Shown here one piece after another: positions 26,695-31,956 of a DNA stretch of 31,956 bases. The notes beneath the pieces were generated by a model, which was not told where the DNA came from, made no database searches, and saw only the letters and a list, made by a program, of their open reading frames with translations. Origin of the DNA: a virus; the IMG/VR virus record IMGVR_UViG_3300027836_000001. One strand, 5' to 3'. How positions within the stretch are numbered: the stretch's first letter is position 1; every line of letters starts with the position of its first letter. The position numbers and the translations under genes are program-made.

Positions 26695-27040
26695 ACCCAA
26701 AGACATCAAACCTCTAAGAGAACAAATCTTACAAGAGCAACAAGGCTTGTGTGCCATTTGTCGTGAAGCAGTAGATCCGGCAGAAGCAGTACTGGATCAC
26801 TGCCATAAGACAGGTTACATTCGTGCTGTACTACATCGCGGATGTAATGCTTACATTGGGCATTTGGAAAACAATATGGCTCGTAATCGGATTACACCAA
26901 TTAGGTTATTTCAAATACTTGCCAATTTTACCAATTACATTAACACGCATAGGTTAATTGTACATCCAACTCATAAGACTCCAGAAGAGCGTAAAGAGCA
27001 TGCCAAGAAACGAGCACGGGCAAAACGGGCAAAAAAGTAG
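26684..27040 (+). CDS. Recombination endonuclease VII (Holliday-junction / branched-DNA resolvase).
   Basis: CAICR...LDHCHKTGYIRAVLHRGCNAYIGHLEN matches the Endonuclease_7 zinc/HNH-like signature. The tail is basic. The track ORF starts at 26627, but the internal ATG at 26684 avoids overlap with the upstream micro-ORF. Confidence 0.8.
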   Translation: MKIKPKDIKPLREQILQEQQGLCAICREAVDPAEAVLDHCHKTGYIRAVLHRGCNAYIGHLENNMARNRITPIRLFQILANFTNYINTHRLIVHPTHKTPEERKEHAKKRARAKRAKK

Positions 27041-27050
27041 CCCTTTTTTA

Positions 27051-27079
27051 TTGACTTGTATAAATACAAGTGCTATAAT
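27051..27079 (+). promoter_or_regulatory. Near-consensus sigma70 promoter TTGACT-N17-TATAAT with an 18-bp palindrome in the spacer.
   Basis: The -35 is at 27051-27056 and the -10 at 27074-27079. The palindrome ACTTGTAT-AA-ATACAAGT lies at 27054-27071. Confidence 0.65.
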
Positions 27080-27106
27080 AATTACTTATTAACACTTAAG
27101 GCTATT

Positions 27107-27259
27107 ATGGAACTAGACTATGAAAAGGCAATCGCACTACAAGGCTCCTGGGGTTACACCCCAACAACTCCGCTCGTGGATTTATCGACAGAAAACATTG
27201 GACAGACCCAGCCCGATTTATCTAGAGTGGTTACGCAAACAATTCCGAATAACATGTAA
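27107..27259 (+). CDS. Hypothetical small protein (50 aa).
   Basis: The in-frame ATG lies downstream of the promoter. The track start at 27056 lies inside the promoter. Confidence 0.4.
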   Translation: MELDYEKAIALQGSWGYTPTTPLVDLSTENIGQTQPDLSRVVTQTIPNNM

Positions 27260-27270
27260 GGTAGATTAAG

Positions 27271-27546
27271 ATGAAAACTTTGACTTTAATATTTCTATTT
27301 TGTTTTATAACACAAGCACATGCTGAAACAGTGATTACCAGCCAAGGCACTTATGTTATAAACCAATCCAGTTCAACAACTTATGTTACTGGCCCTAGTT
27401 CATCAAGCGGCTCTGTAGCAGTGGCAGTTCCTGTAACTGTTAATCCTGTAACAGGCATTGGCCAAGTTCATACTCCACAAGGCAGTTATTTGGTACAACG
27501 TAGTGGTTCAACAACTACTGTGATACAGACAAGCAAGGGCAAATAA
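27271..27546 (+). CDS. Small secreted protein (91 aa) with a cleavable signal peptide and an internal duplication.
   Basis: The signal peptide is MKTLTLIFLFCFITQAHA / ETV. The repeated units are SQGTYVINQSSSTTYV and PQGSYLVQRSGSTTTV. Confidence 0.6.
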   Translation: MKTLTLIFLFCFITQAHAETVITSQGTYVINQSSSTTYVTGPSSSSGSVAVAVPVTVNPVTGIGQVHTPQGSYLVQRSGSTTTVIQTSKGK

Positions 27547-27974
27547 TGGCTTACAGTCCACTTAAAAAAGACGGCACACCCAAACTGAAACCTGGGCGTA
27601 AAGCCATACCTCGAGAGCCCAGTGGATTTGTGCGCCGAGCACCACGCCCGCATGTTTGGAAGATTGGCCCAGACGAAGACCGCCATAGAATGTACCATCC
27701 TTGGCAAGCAACCAAAGCACAGGCTGTTTTTCGCGAAGAGCCTTGGGAACTAGAATTTGAAGACTTTTACCAATTGTGGAAAGATGATTGGGACAACAGA
27801 GGACGCCAACCAGACAATATGTGTATGACACGCAAAGACAAAGATGGTGCTTGGTCAGCGGATAATGTTCATATTATCACACGCAAAGAACACTTGGAAG
27901 AACTAGGCGAAAGTCGCAGTGGAATGAATATAAAGTATAACATGAAATATAAAAAGATGAAGGTACAACAATGA
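27546..27974 (+). CDS. Hypothetical basic protein (142 aa), possibly DNA-binding.
   Basis: TAATG coupled. The segment RKDKDGAWSADNVHIITRKEH weakly resembles the tail of HNH_3/NUMOD-type domains, but no catalytic His-Asn-His pattern is evident. Confidence 0.5.
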   Translation: MAYSPLKKDGTPKLKPGRKAIPREPSGFVRRAPRPHVWKIGPDEDRHRMYHPWQATKAQAVFREEPWELEFEDFYQLWKDDWDNRGRQPDNMCMTRKDKDGAWSADNVHIITRKEHLEELGESRSGMNIKYNMKYKKMKVQQ

Positions 27975-28375
27975 AAGAAATCAAATACTCAGCAAAAGGC
28001 TTTACTCAATCAAACAACGAATATGTTACCATTGACAGTGATGACATGGCCTTTATGATGAATCAAGCCATAAAGACGTTAGCCATTTTCGGAGAGTTGA
28101 CAGCGACCAGCGAAGGCTCACGCACACTTATGAATCGCAATAAAGATTTGTATGGCAAACGTGGAAAAACAGACATTGCTCCGGGTCGTGAAAACACTAT
28201 TATGTCAGTAGTAGGTGGACTAGTACGCAACTACATGAGCAAGCAAGACACATTCAAGAACGATATTAGTCTTAACCAATTGCCATACATAGCACAAGCA
28301 CTAAATGAATACGGTGCTGAACTAGGTTACGAACCCATTGTGTTTCGTAACCAATTATTCGACTTTGGAAAATAA
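27971..28375 (+). CDS. Hypothetical protein (134 aa).
   Basis: An ATGA-coupled ORF. Confidence 0.55.
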   Translation: MKEIKYSAKGFTQSNNEYVTIDSDDMAFMMNQAIKTLAIFGELTATSEGSRTLMNRNKDLYGKRGKTDIAPGRENTIMSVVGGLVRNYMSKQDTFKNDISLNQLPYIAQALNEYGAELGYEPIVFRNQLFDFGK

Positions 28376-28376
28376 C

Positions 28377-28625
28377 ATGCCAAAAAATTTATTTGATAAA
28401 CAATTCGATCCTTATGATGCCTTAATAGAACTAAATGATCGAATTAATAGACTAGAACATGCTCACAATAAACTGGCTCACGCATTCCAGCAGACAGAAC
28501 AAGAGTTTACTATGTTAAGCAAGTCTTTTAATAATTTACAAAAAAGCCATTTAAAATTAAGCGAACTGGTTAGCATAGCCGCAATAGCCAAATTTAGCAT
28601 CAGCCAAGACGAATTAAAACGCTAA
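28377..28625 (+). CDS. Hypothetical coiled-coil protein (82 aa).
   Basis: The ATG lies 1 nt after the upstream stop. The track start at 28338 overlaps the previous gene. The sequence is helical and heptad-like. Confidence 0.5.
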   Translation: MPKNLFDKQFDPYDALIELNDRINRLEHAHNKLAHAFQQTEQEFTMLSKSFNNLQKSHLKLSELVSIAAIAKFSISQDELKR

Positions 28626-28664
28626 TTCTAGCACCCAAGGTAAATACACTACTGAGGGACGACA

Positions 28665-29411
28665 ATGACTAAACCAGCAATCACAAAACGTGCTACAAAA
28701 GGCAGTGCCTTAACATATACGGAATTAGATACTAACTTCCAAAATCTTGCTGACGCAACACTCACAGTCTCTGATGGAACAAACTCCAAAGCCCTCAACC
28801 TTAATGACACACTTCAATTTACAGCCGCGGGAACACTAACTATTGGGGTAAACTCCAGCACCGGCGTAGTTACTATTACTGGTACTGGTTCTGGTACAAT
28901 TAACAGTGGAGCAAGTGGAGCATTGGCTTTTTACTCCAGCGCCGGTACTACTATAGATGATACAAAAATAATTTACACCAACATGGGTGGTGGAGATGTT
29001 AGATTAGCATTAGATGCTACTGGAGTTTTATCATTAGGTAATGCCACTGGAGGAATTAATTTTTATCCAGGTAGTAGTAGTAATGTTTTTATTGCTGGTG
29101 GCCTTGGTACACAAGGTACTATTAGTGTGGCACCTACCAGCAACACCAGTGTGCTGTCCGGAGCGGTTACAGTGTCTTCCGGTGCTCTTTTTATAAACCA
29201 AGCAGGTTTAGCCATCATACAAAATCTCAGCACACGCAATGTGGCACTTTGGATATGCGGAGGCGGCAGCGCAGTTAAAATTAGCGATAGTTTAAGTGAT
29301 ACTTCAGGTACTTTGACTTATTATAGTAACGCAGGAACCACCGGCTACACTTGGAGTGGTACTAGTAGCAATCATTCGATTATGTGGTTACAGGTCAGCG
29401 GCCAGTCATAA
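28665..29411 (+). CDS. Tail fibre-like protein 1 (248 aa).
   Basis: The N-terminus KGSALTYTELDTNFQNL shares the KGSALT.TE.D.N..NL motif with 30036-31511. The rest is G/S/T rich. Confidence 0.65.
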   Translation: MTKPAITKRATKGSALTYTELDTNFQNLADATLTVSDGTNSKALNLNDTLQFTAAGTLTIGVNSSTGVVTITGTGSGTINSGASGALAFYSSAGTTIDDTKIIYTNMGGGDVRLALDATGVLSLGNATGGINFYPGSSSNVFIAGGLGTQGTISVAPTSNTSVLSGAVTVSSGALFINQAGLAIIQNLSTRNVALWICGGGSAVKISDSLSDTSGTLTYYSNAGTTGYTWSGTSSNHSIMWLQVSGQS

Positions 29412-29499
29412 ACTTTTTTTGTCTTTTCTAAAGGTTTTTTGAGGTTTACACTAAATAATAGTGCGATTCGCAAGATCATAAAACCTTAAGGAGATCATT

Positions 29500-29919
29500 A
29501 TGACAGCAGCCAGTAATTATTTAGAGAACAAGGTCCTTGACCACGTGCTAACAGCAACATCTTACACAGCACCAGGTACACGCTACCTAGCATTGTTTAA
29601 CAACACATCAGGTAACGCAGCCGCAAACTTAGAAGCAGGAACATTAACTGATGAAACAGGTACAAGCGGAACTGCTTATGCTCGTAAGGCAGTAACATTT
29701 GCTTCAGCAAGTTCAGGTTCAAGTGCTACCAACGCAACTGTAACTTTTGATGCCGCAACAGCATCATGGGGTACTATTACTCACGTGGCAGTTATGGACG
29801 GTGGTACAGCAGGCGCAGGCAACGTATTGTTCTGGGGAGCAGTTACAACTTCCAAAACAATCGATACAGGTGATACATTCCAAGTTACTTCAGGTAACTT
29901 GACAATTAGCCTAGCCTAA
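29500..29919 (+). CDS. Conserved phage structural-region protein (139 aa).
   Basis: It has a strong SD (AAGGAG). NYLENKVLDHVL...YLALF...YARKAVTF...WGTITHVAVMD...GNVLFWG resembles a widespread small phage protein family usually found beside fibre genes. This is recollection. Confidence 0.6.
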   Translation: MTAASNYLENKVLDHVLTATSYTAPGTRYLALFNNTSGNAAANLEAGTLTDETGTSGTAYARKAVTFASASSGSSATNATVTFDAATASWGTITHVAVMDGGTAGAGNVLFWGAVTTSKTIDTGDTFQVTSGNLTISLA

Positions 29920-29931
29920 TTTACAGACCCA

Positions 29932-29963
29932 AGCCTAAGGGGAGTTCGCTCCCCTTTCAGGCT
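29932..29963 (+). other. Stable UUCG-capped hairpin without a U-tract.
   Basis: agcct-aaggggag-ttcg-ctcccctt-tc-aggct. An 8-bp G/C-rich stem plus a 5-bp extension, followed by gagtaca. Confidence 0.5.
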
Positions 29964-30035
29964 GAGTACATACCCAGTATTCTAGACTTGGACTCCTAGA
30001 GTATTGTAGAACAAACATTTAGTGGAGCAAGTCAC

Positions 30036-31511
30036 ATGGCAACAATCGTAACTAGAGCAGGGAAAGGTTCAGCGTTAACCTGGACTGAAGGTGATGCTAA
30101 CATCACCAACCTCAACAACGACAAGATGGAAAACTTTACTGTCGCAGGTGACAGTGGTACAAGTCAAACCGTTAGTGGAGGCAATACCTTAACAATCGCA
30201 GGCGGCACTGGACTAAGTTCGGTCGCAAGTGCTACCGATGTAATAACAATTAATTTAGACAATACTGCGGTTACAGCGGCATCATATACCTATGCCAGTA
30301 TTACAGTAGATGCTCAAGGTCGTATCACAGCCGCAAGTAATGGATCAACTCCATTAATATCAGGTGGAGCATTAGGCACACCATCAAGCGGCACAGTTAC
30401 CAACTTAACTGGTACAGCATCAATCAACATTAACGGCACAGTTGGTGCTACAACTCCGGGACTAGGAACATTTACTGGCACAACTATTAAAGGTGCTAAT
30501 GCTCTTAACAGAGCAAGATTATTATTAGACAATACAACGCATTATTCAACTGCTTGGACTACCACTGGTATTGGCATAGTAGCCACCGGCAATACAATTT
30601 TTCGTGATACTAGTAGTACTGGCACTGTTGCCAACGTTTATATTCACTCACTAGGTAGTGCTAACTTAGAAAGAGGAAACACAGGAGCATTTACTAATGC
30701 CGTGACTCTTCATGTAGGCGTACCCACTGCTGGTTTCCAAACTACAATTACAAATCCTGCTTTGGCTATCCTGGCAGAAGGCCCAGTTCGTGTAACTGGT
30801 AATCTCACTATAGACAGCGGGTCAAGCCTCAGCGGAGCACATAACGGAACTGTCGGAGCAACAACACCTAGTACTGGTGCGTTTACAACTTTAGCGGCAA
30901 GTTCAACGGTTAGCGGGCAAGGATTTACAGATAGATTTGCTACACCCGGACCAATTGGATCAACTACTGCTTCAACCGGTGTGTTTACCACTCTTGCGGC
31001 AACTGCCGCTGTTACCTTAAGTCCGGCCAATGCCGCTGTGGCTATCAGTCCAACAGGCACTGGTACTGTAACAATTAGTCCAACAGGTGCGTTAATTATT
31101 AACCCAACTGCGGCTAGTACAATTAATAATACCAGCATCGGTGTTACTACACCAGCCGCTGGTTCTTTTACAACTTTAACTGCCGCAACAACTACATTAG
31201 ATGATATTCGAGAAACTGTTACGGCATTAACTTATGGAGCAACTATTACTCCAAATGCCGCAGACGGAAGTATTAGAACTATTACGCTAACAGGTAATGT
31301 GACATTTTCAGCATTTACTACACCGGTAAGCGGACAAACAATTACGCTAATTATTACACAAGATGCGACAGGTTCAAGAACATTAACTTCAACATTTAAA
31401 TTTAGTGGAGGCAGTAAAACATTATCAACAGCGGCCAACGCAATTGATATTTTAACTGTGAGTTATATTGGTACAACTTATTACGCAAGTTTAGCAAAAG
31501 GATTCGCATAA
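30036..31511 (+). CDS. Tail fibre protein 2 (491 aa) with an internal repeat motif.
   Basis: The N-terminus is KGSALTWTEGDANITNL. The motif G(A/S/V)TTP..G.FTTL.A occurs four times. Confidence 0.7.
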   Translation: MATIVTRAGKGSALTWTEGDANITNLNNDKMENFTVAGDSGTSQTVSGGNTLTIAGGTGLSSVASATDVITINLDNTAVTAASYTYASITVDAQGRITAASNGSTPLISGGALGTPSSGTVTNLTGTASININGTVGATTPGLGTFTGTTIKGANALNRARLLLDNTTHYSTAWTTTGIGIVATGNTIFRDTSSTGTVANVYIHSLGSANLERGNTGAFTNAVTLHVGVPTAGFQTTITNPALAILAEGPVRVTGNLTIDSGSSLSGAHNGTVGATTPSTGAFTTLAASSTVSGQGFTDRFATPGPIGSTTASTGVFTTLAATAAVTLSPANAAVAISPTGTGTVTISPTGALIINPTAASTINNTSIGVTTPAAGSFTTLTAATTTLDDIRETVTALTYGATITPNAADGSIRTITLTGNVTFSAFTTPVSGQTITLIITQDATGSRTLTSTFKFSGGSKTLSTAANAIDILTVSYIGTTYYASLAKGFA

Positions 31512-31956
31512 TGTTTGGCGTGGCAAGATTAAACACATTAGCAGCGGCTATGGCCGCGCCAGGGGCTACCTATGTTGCGGCCACTGGTGGAACAATTTCC
31601 TTTGTTAGCGAATCTTCAACTTTTTACAAAGTACACACCTTTGGTTCTACTGGATCATTTGTAGTAACTGCGGGCGGAACGGCTGATGCTTTAATTGTTG
31701 GTGGTGGTGGCCCTGGTGGTGGTGGATCAACTTATAGAACCGGTGGCGGTGGCGGTGGTGGTCGAGTACAAACACTTACTGGCACGACAATAACTCCTCA
31801 AACATATTCAGTTACCGTTGGAGCCGCACAAACTACAGCAAATACTGTAGGAAATAGCAGTTCAATATTTGGAACAACTTCAGTTGGCGGTGGAGCGGGC
31901 GGAGCAACCGGTGTTGGCCAGGCCGGCGGCGCGGCTGGTGGTGGTGGTGGCGCTGC
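31511..31956 (+). CDS. Glycine-rich structural protein, N-terminal part. It runs off the window and continues at base 3.
   Basis: TAATG coupled to the fibre gene. MFGVARLN...YKVHTFGSTGSFVVTAGGTADALIVGGGGPGGGG is typical of phage glycine-rich proteins. There is no stop before the window end. Confidence 0.8.
   Translation, partial: MFGVARLNTLAAAMAAPGATYVAATGGTISFVSESSTFYKVHTFGSTGSFVVTAGGTADALIVGGGGPGGGGSTYRTGGGGGGGRVQTLTGTTITPQTYSVTVGAAQTTANTVGNSSSIFGTTSVGGGAGGATGVGQAGGAAGGGGGA
31830..31956. repeat. 127-bp exact terminal duplication, right copy.
   Basis: Identical to 1-127. Confidence 0.9.

Noticed and set aside
27021-27050. A possible terminator gggc-aaaaaagta-gccc-tttttt after the endonuclease VII gene.
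   Set aside because: The stem is only 4 bp with a 9-nt loop, which is too weak to call. The T-tract may simply be an UP-like element of the adjacent promoter.
29412-29430. A T-rich tract after the 28665-29411 stop as a possible terminator.
   Set aside because: No convincing G/C-containing stem precedes the T-run.
1-31956. CRISPR arrays, diversity-generating retroelement (TR/VR pair plus RT), integrase/att sites and toxin-antitoxin pairs.
   Set aside because: I saw no regularly spaced direct repeats, no reverse-transcriptase-like ORF (YxDD), and no long near-identical repeat pair near the fibre gene 3' ends. I also saw no tyrosine or serine recombinase-sized ORF with recognisable motifs.

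Overview
The window is a complete, circularly closed (or terminally redundant) tailed-phage genome. Bases 1-127 are identical to 31830-31956, so the unique length is 31,829 bp. All credible genes are on the + strand. Many are translationally coupled through ATGA or TAATG overlaps.

Gene order, allowing for the wrap-around:
- A fibre/adhesin cluster runs from 28665 across the junction to 6002. It holds two fibre proteins with a shared N-terminal motif, a 493-aa glycine-rich protein that spans the junction, and a 1497-aa repeat/LamG-like protein.
- The head module follows: small terminase, a small membrane-anchored protein, large terminase, portal, two micro-ORFs, scaffold and major capsid.
- The siphovirus-type tail module comes next: connector proteins, two tandem tail-tube paralogs, a G/GT chaperone with a canonical -1 slippery site, and the tape measure. 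After these come lambda M-, L- and J-like tip proteins, with a GNAT-like gene in the K slot.
- A short non-structural module of about 4.2 kb (24371-28664) contains small ORFs. Its only recognisable enzyme is an endonuclease VII.

From sequence alone I could not recognise any DNA polymerase, primase/helicase, integrase, repressor, endolysin or RT. I found no CRISPR array, rRNA or tRNA.

The most unusual items:
- the very small non-structural complement;
- a 106-nt cloverleaf-like element closed by a 13-bp perfect stem;
- a 355-bp non-coding region with repeated hairpins;
- sigma70-like promoters, one with an embedded palindrome and one overlapping a terminator hairpin;
- the duplicated tube gene;
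- the GNAT-like gene in the tail-tip cassette.

All functional calls rest on motif recognition, gene order and size. No database search was possible.
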